Source of the DNA: Podarcis bocagei
Lineage: Eukaryota
Reading direction: 5' to 3' (one strand)
Length of the DNA: 64,000 bases
Assembly: GCA_964188305.1 (NCBI GenBank)
Contig: OZ076888.1
Part shown: positions 23,891 to 36,240 of the stretch, in pieces
Numbering within the stretch: the stretch's first letter is position 1
How the letters are laid out: each line of letters begins with the position of its first letter
Translations under genes and position numbers: made by a program
Notes under the pieces: model-generated
What the model was told of the DNA's origin: nothing
Database searches by the model: none
Seen by the model: only the letters and a program-made list of their open reading frames with translations

Positions 23891-24974
23891 ATCCAGACTG
23901 AGGGATCACAACTGTAATTCTCTGTGATCACCCCCTTCCTAATGTTCATGATTCTAGCAAAGCTGGATTCCCAGTTGGTAGGGACATAAGAGGTTTTTTC
24001 CCCTTTCTGGCTGCAAGTAGCTCTGCTGCCCACCCTTCTCCTTGAAGCTTCAGGCTAAGACCTTTGTTATTATTTTGTGAAACTTGTAGTTTGGGTTGTT
24101 TGTCTCCTTGCTTTTTCTACTGATTAGTTGTTGATTGCCCACCTGTCAGTCACCTGATGTCACAAGTTGGAGGAAATAGCCTCATGGGCCAATCTGGAAT
24201 CCATGCTGGACCAAATGAGGCCCACGGCCTGGGTGCTCCCCACCCCTGCTATGGACCAATGAATCGATAGGAGCAAGTGACGTTCTCTTCTGCTCGTGCA
24301 TGCCTTCCTTTTTATTGCATAAAGAGGAATAATGACTGCAATGCTGTCTGAGGGCGCACAACAAACAGCTTTGCAATTTTCCCATACCTCGCCTTGTTTT
24401 TTCTATTTAATGAGCAGCACAAGCTGTTTATTGCTTTGCTTTGTCCGCCACAATGAACATTAGCCTTTAATTAAATAATGGTGGTTTTTTTCTATAAGAC
24501 TCATAAAAGAGAGAATAAAAACCAGGTGTGTGTGAAGCTTAGACTACCAGCAGGCTCATTAATCACAATCACAAGTTTTATGAGTTGCGTTTTGAGCTTT
24601 GAATGTGAAGACCTCATAGTCTACCAGCAGCCCACGTTCAATGCTGCCACACTCGGTTCTTGAGTATGAGGTCTGCTTATCGCATTCACCTAAAACCCAT
24701 CTTAGAATGGGTTGGGAATGCCAGTGCCCTCATCTTGTGAGACACTCCAGGGTTGATTTGATTGGCAATGAGTCTCCTGATTGGCTCTTCCTGGTGAGGA
24801 TACCCAAAAATAGCAGGGGCAGCAACAGCAGAAGGCACCATGCTCCAATGAACACAAGGTCTGAAAGTCATCACCATTTTAATTTCTCAAAATGTAGCAT
24901 TGCTCCAGGGCATTGTGGGAAATGCTAACTGCTAGAACCAGCCACCGAGCACCCATCAGAACTCAGGGGAGGGG

Positions 24975-25135
24975 CACATTAGAAAACATCCGAAAGCAGC
25001 TCTATTTAGGGAAGTTTTTAATGTTTGATGTTTTATTGTGTTTTTAATATTCTGTTGGGAGCCACCCAGAGGGGCTGGGGAGGCCCGGCCAGATGGGCGG
25101 GGTATAAGCAATGCATTTATATTATATTGTTGTTG
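24975..25135 (+). mobile_element. LINE (L2-like) 3' end remnant
   Basis: Same 3' tail as 13548-13645, with upstream GAAAACATC.GAA.GCAGC.CT..TTAGGGAAGTTTTTAATG. Confidence 0.7.
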
Positions 25136-25915
25136 TTTTAAAGGAGGGCAGAGCAATAGTTGGTAGTGGTCTGTGAGTGGATGCTAGCATCTTCTCAAGC
25201 AAGACATGTCACGATGCTAGGTTTGGTAAATTCACACATTATAGTTTACACTATATTCTGATACAACTATTAATTCCTGCCTTGGAAAAGGGAACGCAAT
25301 ATAAGAACTAGCTTTGCAGTATGTCTCCTTTCCATCTCTTCTCCCATAGATTAAGGGCTTATTTGCACTGTCTCAAAATTCACCTTGTAGGCTGCCTGTT
25401 CCTGCATGAACTACATGACATTTCCACCGTCCTGCTTTCCTACAGTTAAAATCCATTTTTTCCTAAATGGTAGGAACACAAAAAGGTTTTCTAAACTGAT
25501 TACATGTCACTGAAGCACATAACGTGTGTTCGCCATATCATGGGCTTTGGGTTTTTTGGGTGTTGTTTTTTTTTTTTTTTTTTTTTTTTTGCTTATGCCA
25601 TGTTCCCTCATCCTCTGTGCTGCTCCCACGACCATGCCACCCAACCTCAGTCTTTCTCAATTCATTACTTTCTCGTTGTTGCCATTGTTCATTTCCAGGT
25701 GCAACTTTCTCTCCTTTCTGGGTGGATTTACCTAGTACTTTTTTTCTTTAAAAAAATGTTTAGTGGTACTCTTATTTTCCTACTCATATTGAAATACTGC
25801 CCCTCAATGAGGCCAAACTTAGATTCACAAAATGTTTAGGGTATGCTTACCCCTGCGTCCCGTTCCCCCCCCCCCCAGAAAAAAGCACTGGATTTACCTG
25901 GCAGTAACTCTCTCT

Positions 25916-27297
25916 GCACACTCAATATGCCAGCAAGTTTGGAAAACTCAGCAGTGGCCAGAGGATTGGAGAAGATCAGTCTACATCCCAATCCCAAAGA
26001 AGGGCAGTGCCAAAGAATGCTCCAACTACCGCACAATTGCACTCATTTCACACGCTAGCAAGGTTATGCTTAAAATTCTACAAGGAAGGCTCAAGCAATA
26101 TATGGACCAAGAACTCCCAGAAGTGCAAGCTGGATTTAGAAGAGGCAGAGGAACCAGAGACCAAATTGCAAACATGCGCTGGATTATGGAGAAAGCTAGA
26201 GCGTTCCAGAAAGACATCTACTTTTGCTTCATTGACTATGCAAAAGCCTTTGACTGTGTCAACCACAGCAAACTATGGCAAGTTCTTAAAGAAATGGGAG
26301 TGCCTGATCACCTCATCTGTCTCCTGAGAAATCTCTATGTGGGACAAGAAGCTACAGTTAGAACTGGATATGGAACAACTGATTGGTTCAAAATTGGGAA
26401 AGGAATACGGCAAGGCTGCTTGTTTATTTAACTTATATGCAGAATTCATCATGCGAAAGGCTGGGCTGGATGAATCCCAAGCTGGAATTTAGATTGCCGG
26501 AAGAAATAGCAACAACCTCAGATATGCAGATGACACAACCTTGATGGCAGAAAGTGAGGAGGAATTAAAGAACCTTTTAATGAGGGTGAAAGAGGAGAGC
26601 GCAAAATATGGTCTGAAGCTCAACATCAAAAAAAGAAGATCATGGCCACTGGGCCCATCACCTCCTGGCAAATAGAAGGGGAAGAAATGGAGGCAGTGAG
26701 AGATTTTACATTCTTGGGCTCCATGATCACTGCAGATGGTGACAGCAGTCACGAAATTAAAAGACGCCTGCTCCTTGGGAGAAAGGCGATGGAAAACCTA
26801 GACAGCATCTTAAAAAGCAGAGACATCACCTTGCCAACAAAGGCCTGTATAGTTGGTTTTCCCAGTAGTGATGTATGGAAGTGAGAGCTGGACCATAAAG
26901 AAGGCTGATCACTGAAGAATTGATGCTTTTGAATTATGGTGCTGGAGGAGACTCTTGAGAGTCCCATGGACTGCAAGAAGATCAAACGCATCCATTCTTA
27001 AGGAAATTAGCCTTGAGTGCTCACTGGAAGGACAGATTGTGAAGCTGAGGCTCCAATACTTTGGCCACCTCATGAGAAGAGAAGACTCCCTGGAAAAGAC
27101 CCTGATGTTGGGAAAAATTGAGGGTACAAGGAGAAGGGGATGACAGAGGACGAGATGGTTGGACAGTGTTCTTGAAGCTACAAATATGAGTCTGACCAAA
27201 CTGCGGGAGACAGTGGAGTGCCTGGCGTGCTCTGGTCCATGGGGTCACGAAGAGTCGGACACGACTAAACGACTAAACAACAACCACAACAACAACA
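25916..27297 (+). mobile_element. RTE-BovB LINE, 5'-truncated 1.4-kb copy with decayed reverse transcriptase
   Basis: RT motifs WPEDW, NYRTIALISH, QAGFR.GRGTRD, FIDYAKAFD, GIRQGC, and YADD at 26523-26534. Stops and frameshifts present. (CAA)n tail. 10-bp TSD AACTCTCTCT (25906-25915, 27298-27307). Confidence 0.97.
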
Positions 27298-27482
27298 AAC
27301 TCTCTCTACTGTGTAGGAGTGCCTGGGACTGAGTTCCTGGCACAACAAGCCCAAAGCCCTGTCCTCTCTCCCTACTCCTTCAACTTGTAAAAGCTTTGCT
27401 GCTCTATCATTACTTCAGTGTGTGCCGGTAGCTTCCACTTTCCCCAGCAGCCCAAGAACCTGCATGCAAGAAGCAAGGCAAC

Positions 27483-27573
27483 TGTTTTTTCACAGTTGTT
27501 CACAGTTTTTCCACAATTTTCCAGAGTTTTTCACACAATTTTTCAGTTTTTCACAATTTTTCACAGTTTTTTT
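27483..27573. repeat. Imperfect minisatellite, about 10-bp unit TTTTTCACAR
   Basis: About 9 degenerate units abutting the Tc2-like MITE. Confidence 0.75.
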
Positions 27574-27992
27574 CCATATTTTTCGCTCTATAAGACACAC
27601 CCGACCATAAGACGCACCTAGTTCTAGAGGAGGAGAACAAGAAAAAAAAAATGTTCTCTCCCTCTCTGCGCAGCGCCTCTCCAGCAAAGCGGGAGGAGAA
27701 ATGGAAGGGGCTCCGTTTCTCATGCCGCTTCGCTGAAGGGGTGCTGCGCAGCTTTCCCTCTCTGTGCAGCAAAAGCAATGTGAAGCCTCCTGAGTGCTCC
27801 CACTGCGCTCAGGAGGCTTCGGGCAGCTATCCCTGAAGCCAGGAGAGCAAGAGGGATTGGTGCGCACCAATCCCTCTTGCTGTCCTGGCTTCAGCAAAGC
27901 TGCGCAGCCTGCATTCGCTCCATAAGACGCACACACATTTCCCCTTACTTTTTAGGAGGGGGAAAGTGTGTCTTATAGAGTGAAAAATACGG
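27574..27992 (+). mobile_element. Tc2/TcMar-like non-autonomous element
   Basis: TIRs CCATATTTTTCGCTCTATAAGAC / GTCTTATAGAGTGAAAAATACGG, followed by TA. ATAAGACGCAC subterminal repeats. Confidence 0.85.
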
Positions 27993-30080
27993 TAGTTAGC
28001 GTGGAACTCTTTACTCAGTGGGGCTTACTTCTGAGTAGGAGTTCCTGAGGCTTGGTTATTAGTTGTGTTAGTCAGTAAGGAACAGAGTGTGGATTTTCCT
28101 TTATTCACTGAGGTGAGGTGTTGTGAAAGAATGACAGATACACAAACCCTGAAACACATCATGTGCTCTTCCCCCATCCATGGCCAGGTATCATAATATG
28201 GCAAAAGCTTTCCCACCAGAAAACAACCAATGGCAATGATTCACTTATTCCCGGTACTGTCACTGTGGAGCAACATCACTATGAAGTTTAGTCGGAGCAT
28301 AGCAGCAATCTTACGGCAGGGAGGGAGAAAAGCAAGTAGAACACATGTGTTTTCCTTGTTTCTGCTGGAAACAGTGATAGAAGGGAGTGTCAGTAGGTTT
28401 TATGGGCTGCAGTTTTGAAATGAGAAGCAGGATTCTAGGTCCAACATACAAACAGACAAAGCTTGTGGAACAATGGAATGTGAGAATAGCAATGGTATGG
28501 AACCATGGAGGGCACACAATGGATTCGAAAATGTAGCTATTCAAAGGCAGTGTGCAAGAGATTTATAATAGTACAAATGGAGTAATTGCACCATGGTCCA
28601 TACCAGCAAGGGCCCCAATTTAAGGTTTTGCTGGGATTGTGATTAAATATTCCTTATCTACCTACAGTATATACCTAACACATTACTTTTTGCCTCTAGA
28701 TCTTGGATGATAAGAACATGACAAGCCTGAAAGAAGAAACCGTTGACATTTCCATTCCACCTTAAGGAACAGGCATGAGATTGTTGTGTGTCACATGTCT
28801 GTTTACATTCCAGCACAGTATGCTGGGAACTTCTGTTTGTGTACAGCTTTTGCTTTTGCTGTTCTCTCTCAGACAACACGAGAGAGAGAGAGACGACATG
28901 TTTCTTTGTTCTGATTTATGTTTAATAAACCTGTAGTTAAAGTATGACTTCACAAGCTTCACGCCTATTCTGTGTGTGCAGTACACTCTGCTAATAGCAT
29001 GCCCTGGCTTCTGAAGCCCAGGTCGCTGATTTACTTCGGAGCACAGGCCGATGGATGGACACGGCACAGCTGGAGCTTATCAGCTGGCCTCCCATCCCTC
29101 TGCATGTCAACAGAAACAACCCACCCACTCCAGGATTCTAGCAGCAGCCAGGTGATGCTTAGGGATATGAAGTTATATTCTCTAACTATCCTGGCCAGTA
29201 GGGTTTGACGGTCTCCTTAAATAATGAATCGAGTATAAGGGGATAAATGTGTTATATAGTAGTTAATTCTAACAGCATTGCACCAAAAGCTATTAGAGTA
29301 ACACAACACAACTTTTGTTTAATTCATAACATACACAAGCAGTGCTTTGTTATTTTGAAAGACCAAACAAAGATATTATTTTATTGCTTATTTTCCCCTT
29401 CAATTTGTTGTATCTAGATGATGACTGGCTAATTTATGCACAGTTGCTTTAAAAGCAAGTCCACTTCCCATTTAATTGCATTCTGTTGCAATCCATCTGT
29501 TGACAAGCCTGTGTGTTGTGCTGTTTATTTGCTAATGCAATCCTCTCCTACAGCCTGATCAGTCATACACATCAATTCTTTTATTATAAAAGCACTGCAG
29601 GATAATTAAAATACAGATGTATGGCCAATGGGACTAGGTATTTATTTGCAGCCCTGGCCACAATGACCTGATTATTGCTTCTTCATGGGGAGTGAATCAA
29701 AATATTTAGGGTTTGATCCAATCTGCCATGGGCTCAATATGTGTGGGTGGAGGGGCATGCAGTGTTGTACATGCTGGGCCTGCAACTAGCTTTTATGGGA
29801 AACAAGAAGCCTGCGTGCCCTTCTCCATATCCCCAAACAGGCTGCCACATCTGCTTGGCCAAGGTGTTCGTCAGCACTTTGGGTGGATCTTGGTCTCTTT
29901 CCCCAAAGCCACAACAACAGAGGCAACAAAGAGAGGCATGCTGAAGTTTTCAGGGCATGCTAAATCTGTGAGACAAGTATTTCCTCCAGCTCTCTTCCAG
30001 ACCTACTGCTTCTCCCAATTTCCCCTCAACACTGTATCCCGTTAGACTAGGGGGGAAAGTAGACACCCTTCCCTTAGGCT

Positions 30081-30268
30081 GAACACAGAAAGCTGCCTTA
30101 TACCAAGTCATTGACCTATCTAGCTTAGTACTGTCTACACGTCAGACAGACAGCAGCTCTCCAGGGCTTCAGGTGGCATTTGCAATCCTAGGTGGAGATG
30201 CTGAGGATGGAACCCGGGACCTGCTGCATACAAAGCTGGTGCTTAACCACAGAGCTATGGCGCTTCCC
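30081..30268 (-). mobile_element. tRNA-Ala-headed SINE
   Basis: Reverse complement gives CCATAGCTC.GTGGTTAAGCA...GGTCCCGGGTTCCATCCTCAGCATCTCCA...TATAAGGCAGCTTTC. Confidence 0.7.
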
Positions 30269-31338
30269 TGTATGATGCCTTCAATGGGGGAAAAACCCAG
30301 CCTCTGATCGCATGTATGTGAAGGGGTCTAATGGTTTTAGAGGAGGGATCAGAGCTGCTGCTCTCTTACTTCTGAACAGAACAACACCCTGTAGCACCAT
30401 CCCTGGGACTTGGGTAAATGGGCAGTGTGCTGTGCACACACACCGACATCACTAAAATCAGAGCTGAAGGATCTACTAGTGACAGGCTTGTCCTTCCCCC
30501 TGCATTATATTATGGGAACTATTCATTCCCCCTGTTTAAAATGTTCACAGTGTGCTACACACACACACACACACCATTCTTCAAAATAAATTAAAGGGTT
30601 CAACATAACTAAAAATGCAGGTGTCAGTTTTATACAGGTGGCATTAATTTCAAATGTCAGATTTCTCCCCTTTATCCCTGTAGCATAAATGTCAACAGCA
30701 TTTCTTTCCTCTGAATCTGTTCCACCCAGAGGAACTGAAATTGGCTCATCATATCCCCATCAAACTTTGTATAGTAAAAACTCCACTGGCTAATGCTATG
30801 GTTAGGTTTTTCCAAGTGCAACTGCATCAACTGTAGCCTATTTGCTCCTGGTCAAGACCTATGAATAAATCACAGAATCAAGGAGGGAAGGGGATTGAGT
30901 ATAAAAAATCAACACCTACAGTACACTTGAAATAAACTTGCCTTGGAGTTGCTGCAAGGCTGGCTGGGACTCACAAATGCACACCTGCCACCAATAATGG
31001 TCCTCTTAATCTTACCCACAGGGGGCAACATCCAATAAAATCAGTGGCTCACCAAAATTTACTCCAGGGGTTCCCCCTAATTCTCTGGAACAGATTCAGA
31101 GGAAGGAAAATAGAAGCCCCATGACATGAGCAATCACCCATTTGTGCTACATTCAGTGTCATCCAGGAAAATTCAGGGGGTGACTTACCATGTTGTTGTC
31201 ATTGCAAACAGGGCTCCAGGGTTGCCAAATGTTGCAGACTTCAGTTCCCATCATCCTTGACTGCTGGCCATGTTTGATGGGACCTGGAGTTCAACATCGC
31301 TTCTCTGACTTAAAAGTATTTCATATGGCAGATGTAAC

Positions 31339-31848
31339 AAGGGCTGGGGGGGAATTCAATTCAGTTTGCATTTACAGTGGTACCTTGGGTTAAGTACTTA
31401 ATTCGTTCCGGAGGTCCGTACTTAACCTGAAACTGTTCTTAACCTGAAGCACCACTTTAGCTAATGGGGCCTCCCGCTGCTGCCGCGCCGCCAGAGCACG
31501 GTTTTTGTTCTCTCCTGAAGCAAAGTTCTTAACCTGAAGCACTATTTCTGGGTTAGCGGAGTCTGTAATCTGAAACGTATGTAACCCAAGGTACCACTGT
31601 AAAGGCAAACTTGCCAAATCAGCATTTTCTGAAACAATACATGCACTGAAACACAGCACTTATCCAAGTTTTTTCAAATTGCTTTGAAAAAAATGTATAC
31701 AGTAGGCAAAATTGCATATATACATATCTATATTGTGGGGGAAATCACACAAAAATGCTGATGAATTTTCTTGAGGGCTTAAAAAATCACAAACCGATTT
31801 ATAAATGTGGAGAACTGAATTTAAGATTGGGAAAATGAGAAATATCCA
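31339..31848 (+). mobile_element. Old hAT-Ac-like element, interrupted by a MITE
   Basis: Homologous to 54336-54749. Body resumes after the TA at 31600. Confidence 0.55.
31375..31599 (-). mobile_element. Tigger/pogo-like MITE
   Basis: TIRs CAGTGGTACCTTGGGTTA / TAACCCAAGGTACCACTG. TA TSD. Confidence 0.93.
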
Positions 31849-31894
31849 ATTGCTTCAAGCTTCAGTCCAATTCCTCAGTATTAATACCTGCAAT

Positions 31895-32073
31895 AAAGTT
31901 GCCTTCTGCTATTGGTCCATCTAACACAGTATAGTCTGTGATGATTGGCAGCAGCTCTCCTGGGTTTCAGACAGAGCTTCTATCCCACTAGTACTTGGAG
32001 ATGCTGGAGATGGAACCTGAGACCTTTGGCATGCAAAGCAGATGCTCTACCACTGAGCGATGGCCCTTTCCCC
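31895..32073 (-). mobile_element. tRNA-Ala-headed SINE
   Basis: Reverse complement GCTCAGTGGTAGAGCATCTGCTTTGCATGCC...CAGGTTCCATCTCCAGCATCTCCA resembles tRNA-Ala(TGC). Confidence 0.78.
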
Positions 32074-32672
32074 AACATCTGCTAGTGCTCCCTTGGCTTG
32101 TGAGACAAAGGGCAACTCATAAATAACATTATAAAACTGGGCTCAGGTTTTCTGGTTCTTAAAGGCAGTAAACCCAGTTGAATAGGTGCAAATAGTTATA
32201 ACGCAACCTTAGAGAAGTATAGAAAGGGATTTGTCAAAGGGATATATAATCTGGTAACAAAATTACTCTAAACTATCCTATGTGATTAAGATTTATTACA
32301 GAGACTTATTGCAATGATCACGTGCCGATTCCCCCCCGCTCCCCCAATGTGGATTTTATGAGGATAACACAGTTATATTTTGTGGCTTGATAACCATGGG
32401 CTTTTCTGTCTTTGAAATGGTATTCCTTTTGTTAATTGCACTTCCCCTCATAAAGTGAGCAGCAGAAACAATAATGATAGCACAAGGTTAAACTTGTTAT
32501 GAGGAAATTATACTTGGTAATGACTAGAACGTTGGGTTTTGTTTTTTTAAAAAAAGAAGAATCCATTTTCTATTTCAGAACTGAGAGTGTGGGACTAGAG
32601 AACAACAGCCAGAATACATTGCATTTAAGATCCATGGCACATCTCTTCCTTTATGAAGTGCAGCCTGGTGAG

Positions 32673-33011
32673 TGTTAAGTTGTGGGCGAACATATCAGAC
32701 GACACAGCGATTCTTCCAAAGCAGCTCTTTATTTGTAAGCTGGAAGAGAACTGAACTGAGGAGCTCAGTCAGCCTGCTTATATAGAGCTCCACTAGAATG
32801 CAACAGTAACCATTTCTGTAACTAGCCAATCACTGAACGTCACTTTTGATCCTTCATTTGCATACAAACTATCCAATCACTGAACGTCACTTTCGATCCT
32901 TCATTTGCATACAAACTATCCAATCACTGAACGTCACTTTCGATCCTTCATTTGCATAACTATCTATAGTATCCCCCTGCTGGCCCAGGGTGAGAACTTC
33001 AGTACATAACA
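32673..33011 (-). mobile_element. Solo LTR (339 bp)
   Basis: TGTTA...TAACA termini. Perfect 5-bp TSD GTGAG (32668-32672, 33012-33016). Minus-strand TATA (CTATATAAG, 32777-32785) upstream of AATAAA (32728-32733). Confidence 0.9.
32820..32960. repeat. 3 x 47-bp tandem repeat in LTR U3 with CCAAT and octamer motifs
   Basis: CCAAT at 32826, 32873, 32920. ATTTGCAT at 32856, 32903, 32950. Confidence 0.92.
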
Positions 33012-35716
33012 GTGAGGACTGGAGAAGCATGGTCTGGCTATTTCTCCAAGGCATCTGCATTAGGCCTGGATGTTTCCCCATCCCAGGGAAAATGTCTTGG
33101 GCTGGCCCTGCTCCATCCACCACTAACAGCTTAGGGGGTGATCTGGATCAGGGTCATGGCCAGGCAGATATTATTAGACTCCCCTCTCCCAGTGTTTCAG
33201 CCCAATTTCCAAATCAGAGCATCATGTGTCAGGGGATTCAATCAAGGGTCATATGTACTACCCTACATGACTCGCAACACCCTACCAGAACAATTTCTTG
33301 AATTCATAACTGCACAGGCTTCTACCCAAAGTAGTGCTAAGTCACAGTCCCATGAATGCAAGGATTTCCACTTGTACTCTGGGGTTTCCCTCTCTTTCCT
33401 CCCATTGTGAACCCCCTAAATCTGTTCTAGAAGTTTCCCCAACTGTACAGAGCAGAATTGGAGGGGGGCTGTGCATGTAGAGGGGAGAAAGCCCCATTGC
33501 ACAATTTCAGATTGTTGCGCTGGTCGACTGTGTTCCCTGGATACCACCCACAGTAACTGTTTGGTTTCTAAATCCAGGCTCACAGACTCTTTGCACTCTC
33601 TAAGCTAATCCAGTCAGGGATCTCCTATTTAATATCTAGTTTGGGCCTAGCCCACCTTTGCAGTATCGAGTCAGAAACAGGCTTTACCCAATATTCATGT
33701 TGCTGTGATTCCTTTCCTACCACCTATGTCTGGCTTCCCTCTTCTGTTCCTCATTTTGGCCCTTTCATGACCCATGGCGGTCTGCTGCAAAGGCAGCAAA
33801 GGGCAACAGGTGCTTGTGCTGATTTGGGCCTCGATCCAGCATGCAGATAAATGCACCAATATTCCATTGATTTCAGGCTGCAGGAGTCAATAGTGGCTGA
33901 GCTAGAAATAGCAAGCACTAATTTAATAGACAGAGCCAAGAGAAACCGACTGTGACCCAGGGCACTTCTAAGAATACAATAGTGCAGTTCCCATTCCCTC
34001 ACTGAAGACAAGGGGGGAAAGGTCCCATTTGAATGCTGATTGATAACAGCTTCTCACTGTATGGATTTGTGCACAGCAAGGGACAAAAAGCAAACAAACT
34101 AAACACCTAACATGGAGAAGAATTTACCAGTAATTTCAGGTAATGGTGCACATTATCATTATCATCATTATTAGTATTGATCTTTCATCACTTTCTAAAC
34201 CACCATCTCCAGGTGATTTACACATAACCACTTAAAAACAGCTAAAACATAAAAACAACAAATACATTTAAAATAAGTCAAGAGGTCACTCTTGGTAAAG
34301 ACCCATGTCTTCAACAGGGAAAGCCACCCCCACTTAATATGAATTCTCCTAGATTATTGGTGGAGTTGTGGTTAATGAGAAAATGAAAGCAGACATAACC
34401 GCTCCCTGGAACTGTAGCTTTTTGACCAACATGCTGTTATGTTGCACTAAATTTAATTCATACCAGTGAATGTGTTATGACACAACAACGTATGTTAATG
34501 GACACTTTCAGTACTCCTCCACCAATTCCACACATGTGTGCTTCTGTTTTCCCATCATTCGCCCATGAAAGTGGCAGGAAAGAAATGTACTGTATGCTGG
34601 TATACCACACCAATTTTCGTGACTTTACTCTGGAAATCGTCTGGGTTAATTAGGTAGCACATTGGGTTTTTTCTGGAAGCAATTAACACAGAAGTGAGTG
34701 CACAACTTCTGCTAGATTTCCAGCTTTTGCGTCATGTGAAAACTCAAATGTAACTGGGAATTTAAGAGTTAGGGAAATGGCATAGACTGCAGTGTGAACA
34801 CAGCCAATATCTGCTCCCAAGCTCAGATAACAACCATAAATTGTCAATGAAAACCAGACTCACAAAGTGAGGGGGCTTAAATGCAAGTCTCAGCACTAGA
34901 ATTCATAAACTCTTAACAGGCCCACGTTTGAAAAGCAGACGCAACAGCAGAAAAGATACTAAACTAATGCCATTGCTTAAATGAATATTCTGCGCTCCTG
35001 GTACATGCACTCACACCCTTTGGCAGCTGAAAGAAAACTTGTGAATGATATGGAGCTGAAAGAGTGGCAGGAGAAAGGAGACATAAATTTATGATAGACA
35101 GGTGGAGATTTCCTTTCATTAGTTATGACATTTGCATTCTACAAAATAGGCAGTTCTGTAAATTTGTTGTCATTTTCAGACTATAATGCTGTTGATAAAA
35201 TAGCCTGCCTGGTAATGAATGGCAGCTGAATTGAGGGCACACCACTGCAAAGGAGGCGCAGAACAACGGCAGCCACTTATTAAGGCCGCGTTTGGATGAC
35301 AGCTGTTCTAGATGCTTATGGTTAACAAGCAACTACCTGGGGGTGGCAGGCGGCGGGAAGAAGCACCCACTAAATGAACCTTCAAACTCCAAGGAAAAGT
35401 TCACACGCTTAGCATGAGAAATACCCTGGTTTATAAAATACCAAAGAATGGAAAATAAACATCTAAAATCAGGACACATTGGGGGGAAATGAAAATACAA
35501 ACACCAGGTGTTTATTGATATTGAAGAGGTCAAGGGGGGAGCTACAGAGGAACATGGAGTGGGCCCCCCATAAGATAACCAATCTCAGGGTGTCACATGT
35601 CTCCGATGAAAATAGGGGCGTCCCATTCCACAATAATAATAATGTTATGATTTTTACTCTGCCCATCTGACTGGGTTGCTCCAGCCACTCTGGGTGGCTT
35701 TCTACATACATAAAAA

Positions 35717-36240
35717 CAGTGGGGGGTTTTCTGGGAGGACACAGGGGGACGCATACCCCTAAAAAAATTGTGAATCTTTGTACTTTTGTTCATTTACTGC
35801 ATTTATTTTCCCCGATTTGAACTATAAAATGGTGAATTTCTTCAGTCAAAATTAAAGTAAAGAGCCATTAGGTCCAGTAGTGACCGACTCTGGGGTTGCG
35901 CCGCTCATCTCGCTTTATTGGCCGAGGGAACCGGCGTGCAGCTTCCGGGTCATGTGGCCAGCATGACTAAGCCACTTCTGGTGAACCAGAGCAGTGCACG
36001 GAAACGCCGTTTACCTTCCCGCTGGAGCGGTACCTATTTATCTACTTGCACTTTGACGTGGTTTTGAACTGCTAGGTTGGCAGGAGCAGGGACTGAGCAA
36101 CGGGAGCTCACCCCGACACGGGAATTCAAACCGCCGACCTTCTGATTGGCAAGTCCTAGGCTCTGTGGTTTAACCCACAGCACCACCCGTGTCCCTCAAA
36201 ATTAAAGTACCCCTAAATATTTTTTGAGGAGGAAAACACT
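35717..36240. mobile_element. hAT-like MITE interrupted by a Sauria SINE
   Basis: CAGTG..TTTTCT / GGAAAACACT ends flanked by duplicated ATAAAAA. TACCCCTAAA motif on both sides of the SINE. Confidence 0.6.
35860..36195 (-). mobile_element. Sauria SINE, full length
   Basis: Reverse complement of the Sauria SINE body. Perfect 14-bp TSD TCAAAATTAAAGTA (35846-35859, 36196-36209). Confidence 0.93.

Noticed and set aside
32820-32960. CRISPR-like array
   Set aside because: Head-to-tail tandem units without unique spacers, within a eukaryotic LTR.
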